DNA from: Cenarchaeum sp.
GTDB taxonomy: Archaea; Thermoproteota; Nitrososphaeria; Nitrososphaerales; Nitrosopumilaceae
NCBI GenBank assembly: GCA_965242695.1
Contig: CBDESU010000002.1
Coordinates: 288,001 to 352,000 of the forward strand
Direction of reading: 5' to 3'
DNA: 64,000 bases
In this document: piece by piece, positions 40,380 to 51,843 of the stretch
How the letters are laid out: the number at the start of each line of letters is the position of its first letter
Position numbering within the stretch: position 1 is the stretch's first letter
Program-made: the position numbers and the translations under genes
Notes under the pieces: model-generated
Databases searched by the model: none
What the model was told of the DNA's origin: nothing
Seen by the model: the letters and a program-made list of their open reading frames with translations, nothing else

Positions 40380-41339
40380 GGGCCGCCATGTCGGTGGCTA
40401 CAGCACGGGGGAAGAAGGCGCGGGATGCGGAGGAGGTTGGGCCGTCTGCAAGCCCGCTGCGCACGACTGTAGGATGCATCAACCTGCCGTCAACCTGCGG
40501 CGCCGGCAGGGAGGCGGGGTGCGGAGACGGAGGCCTAGCGCAGTGTGTCGGTGCCGTCGACCTCTACGATCTCAAAGTCAAAGCAGGCCCTGTGCTCGGC
40601 CCGACGTACTCTGCCACCACGTTCGCCATCCACGCCAGCATTCCGTCCCGTTCCTTGCGCGGCAGCCTCCCGCCCCCGGGCGCGAGCCCCTCCGCCCCGC
40701 CGTCGTCGCCGACGCCGATCAGCAGGTCGCCTCCCCTAGAGTTCGCAAAGCTGCACAGCTCTCGCGCTATCTTTTCTTCCATCTTGCCCGCCTTCAAGTC
40801 GACTCCGGGGCGCGAGCCGGGCCACGACTTGAACTCTGGCACGTCCGACTCGTCCCTGGACAGGAGCGACCCGTCCAGGCGCCCGGGCTCCCCTCCCGGC
40901 GCCCCCGCGCCCCCCGCTATCCGCGCGATCTCGTCCAGGAGCAAATCGGGGTCGCGGTAGTCCCACCGCCTCATGAGGGCGCCGTCCAGTGCAGGGATCC
41001 TGTACGCAGCGTAGGAGGGGCGGGTCCTGTGGAGCACGGGAAGTATCCCCATGCGGGCCCTCCCGGCGCCCCGGCCGGAGTCCAGACATCGCGGGGCGGC
41101 CTCCTCGCGCACACCGGGGTGACGACGGCGACCACGTACGCAGAGTCCGCCAGCGCCTCTTTGATCCCGGCCGACACGTCGTCGCCCACCGACAGGCGGG
41201 CGTCGTAGCGCCACACGTTCAGGCCCCTTTGCTCAAGCCCCTCCTCGATCCTCTCCGCAACGCGCCAGCCGTCCCGGTGGACGTAGGACAGGAACACGTC
41301 CCATTGGGGCGCATCGCGCTGCCGCTCCGGATACGTCAT
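40380..41339 (-). pseudogene. Frameshifted TIR + AlbA_2 (Schlafen-like) gene
   Basis: WDVFLSY...VWRYD TIR in one frame; ILPVL...ESDVPEFKS...[13 protein letters not shown] in another; stops further downstream; the lower boundary is approximate. Confidence 0.75.
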
Positions 41340-41531
41340 GCCAAGCGCCGGGGCGCGCCTGTGCCTGGCGTTCGCTGTCCTGCGCCGGCCGCACCGCCGG
41401 CAGGTTGATGCGCAAGGGGTATCCGCCGCTAGTCGGCAGGCGGCCAGCCCCAGCGGCCGCCGGCGGCGCCCTGCCACCTTGATGCATCCGGTCGCCGAAG
41501 GTCTCCAGTGGAAGGCCCCCTCCCCCGTTCG

Positions 41532-44500
41532 TCATTTTCTGCCTCGCCGCTTCCTGCGCCCCCGGCGCGAAGTGGCGCCCGACCGGCCGGTGCGCCCGCC
41601 GGTGCGGGTCGCGCGGCCGGTGCCGGCTCGGGGGCCGCCCGGCAGGCCCAGTGCCCTGCTGATCGACTTGGCGGTGCTGGCGCCCGACCGGCCGGTGCGC
41701 CCGCCGGTGCGGGTCGCGCGGCCGGTGCCGGCTCGGGGGCCGCCCGGCAGGCCCAGTGCCCTGCTGATCGACTTGGCGGTGCTGGCGCCCGACCGGCCGG
41801 TGCGCCCGCCGGTGCGGGTCGCGCGGCCGGTGCCGGCTCGGGGGCCGCCCGGCAGGCCCAGTGCCCTGCTGATCGACTTGGCGGTGCTGGCGCCCGACCG
41901 GCCGGTGCGCCCGCCGGTGCGGGTCGCGCGGCCGGTGCCGGCTCGGGGGGCCGTGCGGGCCGTGCGGTCTCGGGGGGCCGTGCGGGCCGTGCGGTCTCGG
42001 GGGGCCGTGCGGGCCGTGCGGTCTCGGGGGGCCGTGCGGGCCGTGCGGTCTCGGGGGGCCGTGCGGGCCGTGCGGTCTCGGGGGGCCGTGCGGGCCGTGC
42101 GGTCTCGGGGGGCCGTGCGGGCCGTGCGGTCTCGGGGGGCCGTGCGGGCCGTGCGGTCTCGGGGGGCCGTGCGGGCCGTGCGGTCTCGGGGGGCCGTGCG
42201 GGCCGTGCGGTCTCGGGGGGCCGTGCGGGCTCCAGCGCGAGGGTTACCAGGCCTCGCCGCGTGTCCCCTCCCACGCCCCGAGCCTCTTACGATCTTCGCG
42301 ATCTTGTCCAAGAACCGCTCCGGGTTGCCATCGTCCCATGCCTCCATGAGGGTGTCGGACAGCATTGGAAGCTTGGATGCAACCCCGGAGTAGTTGGTCT
42401 TGTAGAGCACCGGAAGTATCCTGTTCCTGTGTTTTCCTCGCAGCATGCCGCCAACCTCGATCATCGTGTAGATACTTTTGACGTACTCGGGGCTGACTAC
42501 GGCCACCACGTATGCAGATCTTTCCATTGCATCCATGATCGCGGCCGACACCTTGTCACCCATCGACAGGCCGGTGTCGTCGCGCCACACATGCAGTCCC
42601 CTGCGCTCAAGCCCCTCTTCAAGCTTTTCCGCAACGCGCCTGCCGTCCTTGCGGGCATAGGATACGAAGACGTCCCATCGGACGGCGCCGCGCCGCCGCT
42701 TCGTATCCATCGTGCGGCTCGCTGAGGCCTGCGACTTAAGCCTAGCGCCAGCTCGGGCCGCGCTGGTGCCGGTCGTGCGGGCGCGTGTGCGGGTTGTGCG
42801 GAGGGCGGCCCGGGCCGTGCCGGATCGGGCCGTTCTGGAGGCGGGCTTGCGGGCCGATCCGGCTCGGGTTGCGCGGGATCCCGATTGGGGCTTGCGGGCG
42901 GCGGGCTTGCGGGCGGCGGGCTTGCGGGCGGCGGGCTTGCGGGCGGCGGGCTTGCGGGCGGCGGGCTTGCGGGCGGGCGACCGGGTTGCGCGGGTGCCGG
43001 CGCGGGCCGTTCCGGCGCGGGGCTTGCGGGCGGCGGGCTTGCGGGCGGGCGACCGGGTTGCGCGGGTGCCGGCGCGGGCCGTTCCGGCGCGGGGCTTGCG
43101 GGCGGCGGGCTTGCGGGCGGGCGACCGGGTTGCGCGGGTGCCGGCGCGGGGCTTGCGGGCGGCGGGCTTGCGGGCGGGCGACCGGGTTGCGCGGGTGCCG
43201 GCGCGGGCCGTTCCGGCGCGGGGCTTGCGGGCGGCGGGCTTGCGGGCGGGCGACCGGGTTGCGCGGGTGCCGGCGCGGGGCTTGCGGGCGGCGGGCTTGC
43301 GGGCGGGCGACCGGGTTGCGCGGGTGCCGGCGCGGGCCGTTCCGGCGCGGGGCTTGCGGGCGGCGGGCTTGCGGGCGGGCGACCGGGTTGCGCGGGTGCC
43401 GGCGCGGGGCTTGCGGGCGGCGGGCTTGCGGGCGGGCGACCGGGTTGCGCGGGTGCCGGCGCGGGGCTTGCGGGCGGCGGGCTTGCGGGCGGGCGACCGG
43501 GTTGCGCGGGTGCCGGCGCGGGGCTTGCGGGCGGCGGGCTTGCGGGCGGGCGACCGGGTTGCGCGGGTGCCGGCGCGGGCCGTTCCGGCGCGGGGCTTGC
43601 GGGCGGCGGGCTTGCGGGCGGGCGACCGGGTTGCGCGGGTGCCGGCGCGGGGCTTGCGGGCGGCGGGCTTGCGGGCGGGCGACCGGGTTGCGCGGGTGCC
43701 GGCGCGGGCCGTTCCGGCGCGGGGCTTGCGGGCGGCGGGCTTGCGGGCGGGCGACCGGGTTGCGCGGGTGCCGGCGCGGGCCGTTCCGGCGCGGGGCTTG
43801 CGGGCGGCGGGCTTGCGGGCGGGCGACCGGGTTGCGCGGGTGCCGGCGCGGGCCGTTCCGGCGCGGGGCTTGCGGGCGGCGGGCTTGCGGGCGGCGGGCT
43901 TGCGGGCGGCGGGCTTGCGGGCGGCGGGCTTGCGGGCGGGCGACCGGGTTGCGCGGGTGCCGGCGCGGGCCGTTCCGGCGCGGGGCTTGCGGGCGGCGGG
44001 CTTGCGGGCGGCGGGCTTGCGGGCGGGCAACCGGGTTGCGCGGGTGCCGGCGCGGCTCATACGGCCACCCGTCCGCGCCCTGCTGCCGGCACGGCGATCG
44101 GCGGCAATCCTCCTCGCCCTCTGCAGGTGCACCAGTTCAACAACAGGAAAGGCGATGCCCTGTCCTCTTACGGCGCCCACCATTTCACTCCCCTGATCTG
44201 GCGCAGGCTGTTTCACATGCTGCGGGCGGGAGGCCCATTCGGGCCACTTTGCCTTTATGTACTCGAGCATCTCCTTTGAGCCGAGTGGCCTGCACGTGCT
44301 CCCGGCCCTCTTGAAAAAGTCGTACTTTCCTTCAGGGCGCTTTTTGAGTATTATGGGCCCATCCTTGGATGCAGTGACGGCGCAGTGCAGTACGTCGCGG
44401 CCGTCGGCCTCTACAATCTTGCTGTTAAAATACCCGCTGTGCTCGACTCCGAGATAATCCACTATTACGTTTGCCACCCATGCCAGCATCTCGTCCCTCT

Positions 44501-46721
44501 CCTTGCGCGACAGCCGTCCGCCATCGCGCGCAAGGCCTTCCGCCCTGCCGTCGTCGTCCACGCCGATCAGCAGATCGCCGCCCCTCGTGTTCACAAGGCC
44601 GCACAGCTCCTTGGCTATTTTTTCCTCCATTTTGGCCGGCTTCGAGGGGCCCTTCGGGCGCGAGCCCGGCCACGACTTGAACTCTAGCACCTCGGACTCG
44701 TCCCTGGACAGGAGCGACTTGTCTAGCTGCTCTGTGCCGTCGTCGGGCGCGGCCGCAGGCGGCGGCGGCGTGCGGCGCCGCATGGCGCTAGGAGCTGCCC
44801 CTATAAGCGATGACGTGGCCGGACCGAGCGACTCTCCCGCGTACCGGCCAATCGCCTTGTCCGGCAGTCCAAGATCTGCCAGGCAGGATATCCTCCCTAT
44901 GTGCGCGTCGGCGTTGCCGGGGTACAGTTCGAGTGCCCGGTCAAAGTGCACTAGGGCCTCCCTGTACAAGTTCAGGTCCTGGAGGGACAGCGCCTTGTTG
45001 TGGTGCGCCGCGGCGTTGCCGGGATCGAGCTTGAGCGCACGGTCAAAGTGCACTAGGGCCTCGCCTTCTCTGTCCAGGGCAGCTAGCGCGGTGCCCATGT
45101 TGTTGTACGCCGCGGCGTTGCCGGGGTCCAGCTTGACGACCTCCCTGTACTCCGTGAGCGCCTTGGAGAGGCGCCCCAGCGCCTGCAGGGACAGCGCGCG
45201 GCTGTAGCGCGGGGCGGGCTGCTGCGGGTCGATTTGAATCGCCCTGTCAAAGCAGGCAAGCGCCTCCCCATGGCGTCCCATGTCGGCGAGTATGCCGCCC
45301 ATGTTCGAGAGAGCTCGCGGGTCGCCAGGCTTGGCCGAGACGATCGCCTTGCAGCGCGGCAGCGCCTCGTCAAGGCGGCCCAGATCCCGCAGCAGATAGG
45401 ACAAGAGTATGTGGAAGTCCATGTTGCCGGGATCATGATCGACCGCCTGGCGGCAGTGTGCCAGCGCCTCCTCTTGCCGCCCCAGGGCGCGCAGGGAGAG
45501 CGCCATGATAAAGTGGGGCCTAGGATCCGATCGCTTCGCCTCAATGGCCCGGGCGCACAGTTGCAGGACCTCTTCGTGGCGGTCGAGTCGTTGCAGCAGA
45601 GCCATTATCGGCATGTACGAGTCGATGCGGCTGGGCGCGGCCTCGATCGCCCTGAGGCCGGGCCGTATGGCCTCTTCGTGGCGGCCCATCTTTGACAGGC
45701 ATGCGGACACCCTCTCGTGGGCCAGCGGATCTTCTGGCGCAATCTCGGCGGCCCTTTCCGCATGCCGCAGTGCCTCTTCATACCTCTCAAGGTGAAACAG
45801 GGTAAATGACGCGTTTTGGTGCGCCAGTGCGCTGCCGGGATCGAGTCTTGCGGCCCTCAGGTGGTGCGGCAGGGCCTCGGCGTGTCGTCCTAGCGCAGAC
45901 AGCAGGCGGCCCATGGCGGTGTGCCTGGTAGTGTTCGCCGGATCTGCCTCGGTTGCCGCCCTGCAGTGCTCTAGCACTTTTTCGTACAGGCCCATTCCCG
46001 CCATGGCCTGGGCCATCTTGAGGTGCAGGCTGGCATCGGGCGCGCCCGGCTCTGCAGCCATCTTGTAGGAGGCGTACGCTTCGTCGTATCTCTTTTCCTT
46101 GAAGAAGCGGTCGCCGCGGACCACGTACCCTTGGTGCTTTGACTTCCCCGCCATGCCACCGGCAGGCGGCCGTTCCACGGCCCGGCGCCCGTCCAGGCCG
46201 TCCGTCACGGCGTCAAGGAGGGCGTCCTTGAGCAGGGCCGCGTTGTGCACGTACTCGGGGTCCATCACCATGGGATCCGCCGCGTGCCACTCGGCCCTCT
46301 TTTGCGAGAGCATCCGCCGCGTGCCGACCGGGAGCGCGTCCCACTTTTCCTTGATGCGAGCGCGGCCCCGTGGCGCTATTTCGAACCGCATGGCGCTTGG
46401 ATCCCCGCTCCTCCCCGCTATCCTCACGCAGTTTGAGGAGGACAGGCTGTCAAGGGCGCGCTCGACGTCCTCGCTGCGCGTCCCGCCAGGCCCCGTCTCG
46501 AACATGACCAGATCTATGTCCAGCCCGGCGATCACGTCTCTCAGTGCCATGAGGACCTCGCCGGTCAGGCGGGCGAGGCCCTTGACGGGGCGCGGATCGG
46601 CGCGCAGGACCAGCAGGATGGCATCCTCGATCGCAAGCGATGTGTCGCCCATGCGCCCAATGAACCCGTCGATATCCAGCGGCGGGCGAGGCCCCGGGCG
46701 GCCCGCACCTGACTTCGTCAT
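41532..46721 (-). CDS. Giant multidomain protein: SocA-like wHTH, TPR array, AlbA_2, basic H1-like repeats, TIR, basic repeats
   Basis: Uninterrupted frame of about 1730 aa; ESEVLEFKS...[11 protein letters not shown]; KPAAR repeats; [11 protein letters not shown]...SIYTMIE...ILPV. Confidence 0.8.
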   Translation of the reverse strand: MTKSGAGRPGPRPPLDIDGFIGRMGDTSLAIEDAILLVLRADPRPVKGLARLTGEVLMALRDVIAGLDIDLVMFETGPGGTRSEDVERALDSLSSSNCVRIAGRSGDPSAMRFEIAPRGRARIKEKWDALPVGTRRMLSQKRAEWHAADPMVMDPEYVHNAALLKDALLDAVTDGLDGRRAVERPPAGGMAGKSKHQGYVVRGDRFFKEKRYDEAYASYKMAAEPGAPDASLHLKMAQAMAGMGLYEKVLEHCRAATEADPANTTRHTAMGRLLSALGRHAEALPHHLRAARLDPGSALAHQNASFTLFHLERYEEALRHAERAAEIAPEDPLAHERVSACLSKMGRHEEAIRPGLRAIEAAPSRIDSYMPIMALLQRLDRHEEVLQLCARAIEAKRSDPRPHFIMALSLRALGRQEEALAHCRQAVDHDPGNMDFHILLSYLLRDLGRLDEALPRCKAIVSAKPGDPRALSNMGGILADMGRHGEALACFDRAIQIDPQQPAPRYSRALSLQALGRLSKALTEYREVVKLDPGNAAAYNNMGTALAALDREGEALVHFDRALKLDPGNAAAHHNKALSLQDLNLYREALVHFDRALELYPGNADAHIGRISCLADLGLPDKAIGRYAGESLGPATSSLIGAAPSAMRRRTPPPPAAAPDDGTEQLDKSLLSRDESEVLEFKSWPGSRPKGPSKPAKMEEKIAKELCGLVNTRGGDLLIGVDDDGRAEGLARDGGRLSRKERDEMLAWVANVIVDYLGVEHSGYFNSKIVEADGRDVLHCAVTASKDGPIILKKRPEGKYDFFKRAGSTCRPLGSKEMLEYIKAKWPEWASRPQHVKQPAPDQGSEMVGAVRGQGIAFPVVELVHLQRARRIAADRRAGSRARTGGRMSRAGTRATRLPARKPAARKPAARKPRAGTARAGTRATRSPARKPAARKPAARKPAARKPAARKPRAGTARAGTRATRSPARKPAARKPRAGTARAGTRATRSPARKPAARKPRAGTARAGTRATRSPARKPAARKPRAGTRATRSPARKPAARKPRAGTARAGTRATRSPARKPAARKPRAGTRATRSPARKPAARKPRAGTRATRSPARKPAARKPRAGTRATRSPARKPAARKPRAGTARAGTRATRSPARKPAARKPRAGTRATRSPARKPAARKPRAGTARAGTRATRSPARKPAARKPRAGTRATRSPARKPAARKPRAGTARAGTRATRSPARKPAARKPRAGTARAGTRATRSPARKPAARKPAARKPAARKPAARKPAARKPQSGSRATRAGSARKPASRTARSGTARAALRTTRTRARTTGTSAARAGARLKSQASASRTMDTKRRRGAVRWDVFVSYARKDGRRVAEKLEEGLERRGLHVWRDDTGLSMGDKVSAAIMDAMERSAYVVAVVSPEYVKSIYTMIEVGGMLRGKHRNRILPVLYKTNYSGVASKLPMLSDTLMEAWDDGNPERFLDKIAKIVRGSGRGRGHAARPGNPRAGARTAPRDRTARTAPRDRTARTAPRDRTARTAPRDRTARTAPRDRTARTAPRDRTARTAPRDRTARTAPRDRTARTAPRDRTARTAPRDRTARTAPRAGTGRATRTGGRTGRSGASTAKSISRALGLPGGPRAGTGRATRTGGRTGRSGASTAKSISRALGLPGGPRAGTGRATRTGGRTGRSGASTAKSISRALGLPGGPRAGTGRATRTGGRTGRSGATSRRGRRKRRGRK
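41575..42229. repeat. Coding tandem repeats: 105-bp x about 3.5 and 27-bp x about 10
   Basis: 35-aa [12 protein letters not shown]...GGP units and 9-aa ARTAPRDRT units. Confidence 0.9.
42889..44054. repeat. Modular coding minisatellite ([24 protein letters not shown])
   Basis: 12-15-bp modules in varying order, all preserving the frame. Confidence 0.92.
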
Positions 46722-47734
46722 GCCCGGCTCAGCCTCCAGAGTACGCAGTGGGTCGTGCCGCCAGGTCCAGTGCGCCGCCTGACTAACGAGCCGGGCGTCA
46801 GCGCGCCACCGTGCGGGAGGCATGCGATCGCCTCGCCCCTGTCGACGGACATCGAGGGGATCGATTGGCGGCGGGCGGCTCCCTTCGCGATGGCAGAGGC
46901 GTGTCGGGCCGGCGGCCTGCGGGCCGTCATGCCAATTCTGCGGCAGCATCGCGTGTAAAACGCCGCAAGGCGCTCTACGTGCAGGCCGCGGGGCAGGACC
47001 TTGGCATCTCCCCTTGTGTCGATGCGCTCGATCATGAACACGCGACGCCGTTTGGACGCCTCGCGGGGGCCTGCCGGCAGCAGGTAGGCTCCTGTGCCGC
47101 CCGCGCTGGCGCCTGTTTCGGCTCCCGCAAGCCGCGGCCCCCCTTTGACGGGACGGGCGGGGCAGAACGGGCACGGGGCAGGGTAGTCCAATGCAAGGAG
47201 GCTGGAGTCAGGTGTAATAAAGTAGGCGTAATAAAGTAGGGTCGTGGCGGGCCGTTTTGCCCGCTAGATTGCCAGGGAGTGGGAGGGGGCAGAGGGCGGA
47301 TGGCAGAGGGCGGCTCGGAGGAGTGCGTGGGCGGGAGGGGGGGACGCCGTTGTAAAAGCGGTGCAGGGCGGCAGGTCGCGCGTTAGGTGCGTTAGCCAGG
47401 GGCGCGGCAGCGGCGCGCGGGGGGAGGATCAGACTGCGTGCCGGCTCCCGATATCGCCGGCGGCCGGCCCGCGAACAGGCGGGCGGCAAACCTTGCCGCC
47501 ACCCCGGCCCGCCTGCCGGGCGGGACAAGGGCTGGCCGTGCACGTCGAGGCATCTCGGGCAAGCCGCCGCCGCTCCGCTCCGCCGTGATCACTTCAAAAG
47601 CCTGGATAGTTGCCTAGTCTCTAATTCTCAAGTAGGGCTGATCAACAACAACTTGCCGCAATTGACTCTGGCCGAGCCGGATCCGAGGGCTTGCGCCCAC
47701 TGTCCCCAGAGAACACACCGCTTACTGCAGACAG

Positions 47735-50700
47735 CTATCGCCGCAGTGCCGGCGACGCCGCCGCCGGCTGGCCGGCGACGCCGGACAGCCGCCTCCAAAC
47801 CGTCTTGCACTCCTCGCCCGTGATCGAGCCGCCCTCCGGCTTCCATGCGCTGCCGGGAAGGTCAGAGAGCCACCCTAGCACCCTGCCGCTCTCGGCGGCA
47901 TAGATGTTGTCGGCATCGTGCTCGTGGGCATACTCCGCGCCTATGCGCTTTGAGATGCTTCTCGGTACGCCGTTGATGCGCATGAGCACCGCCGCATCGG
48001 TGTCGACCCCGTGGTACACCATGGCCGGCAGGTTCGCCGCTTGGCTGCCCCGCCGCCCCCGGGCTTCTGGTTCCCCGTCCCCGCCAAAGTCGTGTATCTT
48101 TTGTATGCCTGCCAGTCCCCACGATGCCGAATTGACGACCTTCTGGTAGAGCGCCCTGACGCAGGCGGTGATCTCGGACTCGGCGGTGCCCCCGAAGTGG
48201 TCCGCGGAGATGTCCACTATGCTCTTGCCCGACACCCAGTCGGAGATGAGGGCCCCTATGGCGTCGGGGGTTGAGCGCGGGCCCGACATTGCATCCGAGA
48301 GGTTCTTGACCTCGGGGATGTTGCCGAGCATCACGCCGACCAGTCTTGATATCTTGCCCGATCCGCGGGAGAACATGTCCTGCGGATTCCAGTCGCCCGA
48401 TTCGATCCCCGAGCGCGGGATGGCGCGGATCGCGCCCTCTACGGTCTCGGGCGAAAACCCCGTGATGTCGGACAGGTGCGACAGGCCGGGCCGCTCGTCG
48501 AGCGACTCGCCGTACCTGCGGACTGCATCGAGCAGCAGGCTCTGCGCCGCCGGCTCTAGCCTGTCGTATCCGTACGTCTGGCGCAGCGCGATCTCGGACT
48601 CGGCGGTAAACTGCCTCAGGGTCTCCGCCTGGTTTTTCATGTGCGCCACGTACTGCGCAAGGCTCGACCAGCGCGGGTCGCCCGCAAGCTGCCTCAGGTC
48701 CAGGCCTTGCGCCCCCGCGCCCCCGGCCACCGCGCCGACCATCCTGCCAAGCTCCGACGCAAGGTCCTCGGCCGACTTCATGACGTACTCGGCCGCCTTT
48801 TTTACGTCCGCCCCGTTCCTCCTGTCCACGGCTATGCCGACCATGCCGAGGGACGGCTGGTTGATGCGCCCCGCCCTGCCGATCAGGTTCCAAAAGTCCT
48901 CGCGCGGCATCACCTTGCGGGGATAGTGGTACGACGAGACCAGAATTCCGGAGACCGGAAAGTTGATGCCCTGCGCGATCGTGGTGGTGGCCACCAGCGT
49001 GCGCAGGTCGCCGTTTTCCATCAGCAGCTCCATGAGGTATCTGACATCGTCGGGCAGGCCGGTATGGTGTACGCCGATTCCCTTGCCCAGGTACTTCACG
49101 AGGGGAAAGTTTTCGCCGAGCTCGCTCGCGACGAACCTCCTGGCCACGTCCAGGTCGCTGCTCGCACTGAACTCGCTGCGTTGGTTGTCGTAGATGATCC
49201 TTGCGGTGCTCCAGGCATCGTGCACGGTTCTTGCAAGCACAAGGAAGTTGTGCTCTGCATTGACTTGGGTCGCCAAGAGGGCCGCCGTCTTGTGCTTGTT
49301 CGGCATGACCTTGGATGCCGTGATGGAAAAATTCGTGGTTGTGCCGACCTTGATCTTGCTGTCCACGACGACGGTTTCGTTGCTTGTGGCCAGTGGCTCG
49401 AACATTCCCTCGATTTCTCTTCCCCTTCCGCTCGCATAGCACACTCCGACTACCCTGTCGTTGGGCCTCCAGTCGAGCCCGATGCGCACGGATCTCGGCG
49501 ACCGGGGGTCGAGCCACCTTGCAATGTCGTCTGCATTTTGTACAAACGGCGTCATTAGCAGCAGGCCCGCCTTTTGGCAGTCCCGCTTGATGGTGGCCAG
49601 CAGGAGCTCTAGGTTCCAGCCGCGGGACGGGCCTTCCGCCCTTGCGCTGCCGCCGCCGCCGCCCTCTTTCTCGCCGGCCGCCTCGGCCCCCATGTTGTGG
49701 GCCTCGTCGATTATGCACAGCGCAAGCGACTTGGCGATGGAGCCGCCCGGATCGCGGACCATAAGCAGGAGCTTTTCCGGGGTGGTCACCAGCACGTCGT
49801 ACGGCTTGTCCCCCGACAGCATGGCCCGTTCGAATTCGTCTATCTCCACGGCTCCGGTCGCCTTTTCGACCTTTATTCCGAGGGGGTCTGCCCCGATGTC
49901 CCGCCGCAGCCTTGAGGCGATCTGGTTGACCAGCGCCCGCGTGGGCACGACGTACGCGATCCTGGCGCTGCCGTCCGAGTTGCCGATCGCCTGGAGTATC
50001 TTGAACTCGGCCAGCAGCGTTTTGCCCGACGACGTGGGAAGGCTGATCACCATTGCGCGGCTTGCCGGATCGAGCAGCCCCTCGCGGTATAGCGCCTTTT
50101 GCTGCGGGTACAGCAGCTCAAGTATGGGGCGGTCCGACCCCGCCATGGCGCTGACAAACTGGCCTACCTTTGAGTTTACCCTCCTGGCCACCTCCCATAT
50201 CGAGTTGCTTACCATCTTTGAGAACATGGGCCGCACGATTCGAAGAAGGGTGTCTAGCTCGGCCGATCCCGCGCCGCCGCTGTGCCGCAGTGCCTTGTCA
50301 AAGTGGTAGTCTAGGCGCGCCTCTATGTCCGCCGGCGAGCCCTTTTGCATGTACTCGCATACCATGTCGGTGCACTTGGCAAGGTGGTACAGCGAGGCGA
50401 GCCTGTGCGCAGCCGCGGCCCGGAACGCCGGCTCAAGCGACTCGAAGTAGGGCCTTTCGTGCCCCGCCTGGTCGCGCCTGAGGCTTGCGATGGTCTCCGA
50501 TGCCCTTGCAAGATCCCCCGGGCCCTCTTTTGCAATCGCGAGTCTGATGGCTCCGTAGATGCCGAACAGGATGCGGCGCTCCCATCCCCCTGGCAAGTCT
50601 ACGCCGTCGGCCGGGGGCGGCGGCGCCGTCTCCCTTGCATACCGCCTCGCATCTTCCCACTTTTCCCCCATGTACGCATACGAGACCGCCCGCAGTACGT

Positions 50701-51052
50701 GGCTGATCATTTGGACCGGATCGTCGGGGAGGGGGCACTCTTCCATCAGGGCAAAGCACTCGGCGCATGTTCGCTGGAAGTTTTTGATCCCGTCGTCGGG
50801 GGAGGGGCCGGACCACTGGTCTATTGCGGCCAGCTCGTATGCCTCGGAAACACGCTCTAGGATGCGGACAGCGTCGTCTCCGGGCGGGCTCGGCGCGCTG
50901 ATCACCCTGTTGATCTTTATCATGTTGCGGGTGTCACGGGCAGACGAGCGGTCGGACTCCGGCAGCGCATCGATCAGGAAATGGCTGGCCGTTGTAGCGC
51001 CATTCCCGCCGCGGTCCTTCCTGTCGCCGCCCGCGGCTTCTCCGTCCGTCAC
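47735..51052 (-). CDS. SF2 DEAH helicase, Hachiman HamB-like
   Basis: LPTSSGKT, VPTRAL, TPEK, DEAH, GVHHTGL, ATTTIAQGINFP, GRAGR motifs. Confidence 0.85.
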   Translation of the reverse strand: MTDGEAAGGDRKDRGGNGATTASHFLIDALPESDRSSARDTRNMIKINRVISAPSPPGDDAVRILERVSEAYELAAIDQWSGPSPDDGIKNFQRTCAECFALMEECPLPDDPVQMISHVLRAVSYAYMGEKWEDARRYARETAPPPPADGVDLPGGWERRILFGIYGAIRLAIAKEGPGDLARASETIASLRRDQAGHERPYFESLEPAFRAAAAHRLASLYHLAKCTDMVCEYMQKGSPADIEARLDYHFDKALRHSGGAGSAELDTLLRIVRPMFSKMVSNSIWEVARRVNSKVGQFVSAMAGSDRPILELLYPQQKALYREGLLDPASRAMVISLPTSSGKTLLAEFKILQAIGNSDGSARIAYVVPTRALVNQIASRLRRDIGADPLGIKVEKATGAVEIDEFERAMLSGDKPYDVLVTTPEKLLLMVRDPGGSIAKSLALCIIDEAHNMGAEAAGEKEGGGGGSARAEGPSRGWNLELLLATIKRDCQKAGLLLMTPFVQNADDIARWLDPRSPRSVRIGLDWRPNDRVVGVCYASGRGREIEGMFEPLATSNETVVVDSKIKVGTTTNFSITASKVMPNKHKTAALLATQVNAEHNFLVLARTVHDAWSTARIIYDNQRSEFSASSDLDVARRFVASELGENFPLVKYLGKGIGVHHTGLPDDVRYLMELLMENGDLRTLVATTTIAQGINFPVSGILVSSYHYPRKVMPREDFWNLIGRAGRINQPSLGMVGIAVDRRNGADVKKAAEYVMKSAEDLASELGRMVGAVAGGAGAQGLDLRQLAGDPRWSSLAQYVAHMKNQAETLRQFTAESEIALRQTYGYDRLEPAAQSLLLDAVRRYGESLDERPGLSHLSDITGFSPETVEGAIRAIPRSGIESGDWNPQDMFSRGSGKISRLVGVMLGNIPEVKNLSDAMSGPRSTPDAIGALISDWVSGKSIVDISADHFGGTAESEITACVRALYQKVVNSASWGLAGIQKIHDFGGDGEPEARGRRGSQAANLPAMVYHGVDTDAAVLMRINGVPRSISKRIGAEYAHEHDADNIYAAESGRVLGWLSDLPGSAWKPEGGSITGEECKTVWRRLSGVAGQPAAASPALRR

Positions 51053-51843
51053 GAAGAGTCCCCCCGGACGAGTCCCGGCAGGTCGCTGATGCGGGCCGGG
51101 ACGTAAAGCGCAAAAAGATCCGTTTGGAGGTGGGCGCTCTGCCCCCGTTTGCCCGCCAGGCTGTCGCAGGTGTCGAGAAGATCATCTTCGTCTGGCGTCT
51201 CCTCTGTGATCAGCACGCCGACCAGCAAAAGCCGACCATGACGTACGTACGACTCGATCGCATCGCGGTACCTCGAGGGATCCACGGCCCCTGCGCCGCC
51301 CTCTTTGCGCCTTATTTGCAGCCACCTGATAAGGTGTAACTGATCTGCCCTGCGTTCCAGCTTTCCAAGCTGCTGGCGCAGTCGTCGCATCACCTCCGGG
51401 GGCCTCTTGCCAGGTCCCTTGGGCGTCTTTACCTCGCCAAAAAGGAAGACGGTCCTGCCGTTCAGGCTCGAATAGCCGACCAGATCGGCTCCCGCGCTTA
51501 TCGCCCGCGGGTTCCTCAGGTCTAGGTTTGGTCGGTAGATCTCTGCTTTATGGTCGTCTTCTAGGTAGCATGCGGCAAGATCCTCCCCTATACGCCACGG
51601 TTCTGCCGGCATGCCCACTTTCATCTGCTTGAAGACCTCGTCATAGTCAAAGTCAAGGCCATCGGCCGCGCCGGCCTGCCTCAGATCGTCTAGCACCGCG
51701 CCCGTTTCGTGGGCAAGAACGTGCGCATCTCCTACTCTTCCTCTCATGTAGTCCTCAAAGTCGTTCGGCTCGATTCGGACTCCGATGCCGCGCACGCCGT
51801 GCCGCAGCATTTGGTACGCTATGGTGGTCGCTAGCATTCGCAT
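51049..51843 (-). CDS. PD-(D/E)XK nuclease, Hachiman HamA-like
   Basis: WRIGEDLA...GADLVGY...FGEVKT; GTGA overlap with the helicase. Confidence 0.65.
   Translation of the reverse strand: MRMLATTIAYQMLRHGVRGIGVRIEPNDFEDYMRGRVGDAHVLAHETGAVLDDLRQAGAADGLDFDYDEVFKQMKVGMPAEPWRIGEDLAACYLEDDHKAEIYRPNLDLRNPRAISAGADLVGYSSLNGRTVFLFGEVKTPKGPGKRPPEVMRRLRQQLGKLERRADQLHLIRWLQIRRKEGGAGAVDPSRYRDAIESYVRHGRLLLVGVLITEETPDEDDLLDTCDSLAGKRGQSAHLQTDLFALYVPARISDLPGLVRGDSS

Noticed and set aside
42712-44314. Three long + strand ORFs (Gly-rich, Cys/Arg-rich, Arg/Ala-rich)
   Set aside because: Antisense shadows of the minisatellite; the - strand frame connects recognisable domains
46722-47700. N-terminal extension of the giant ORF and small ORFs upstream
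   Set aside because: Low-complexity with no recognisable motifs; cannot be supported as genes
47862-49718. 618-aa alternative-frame ORF inside the helicase
   Set aside because: Arg/Gly-rich off-frame artefact of GC-biased codons
47735-51052. Cas3 serving the mini array
   Set aside because: No HD domain or other cas genes visible; motifs and nuclease partner fit a Ski2-like/HamB helicase
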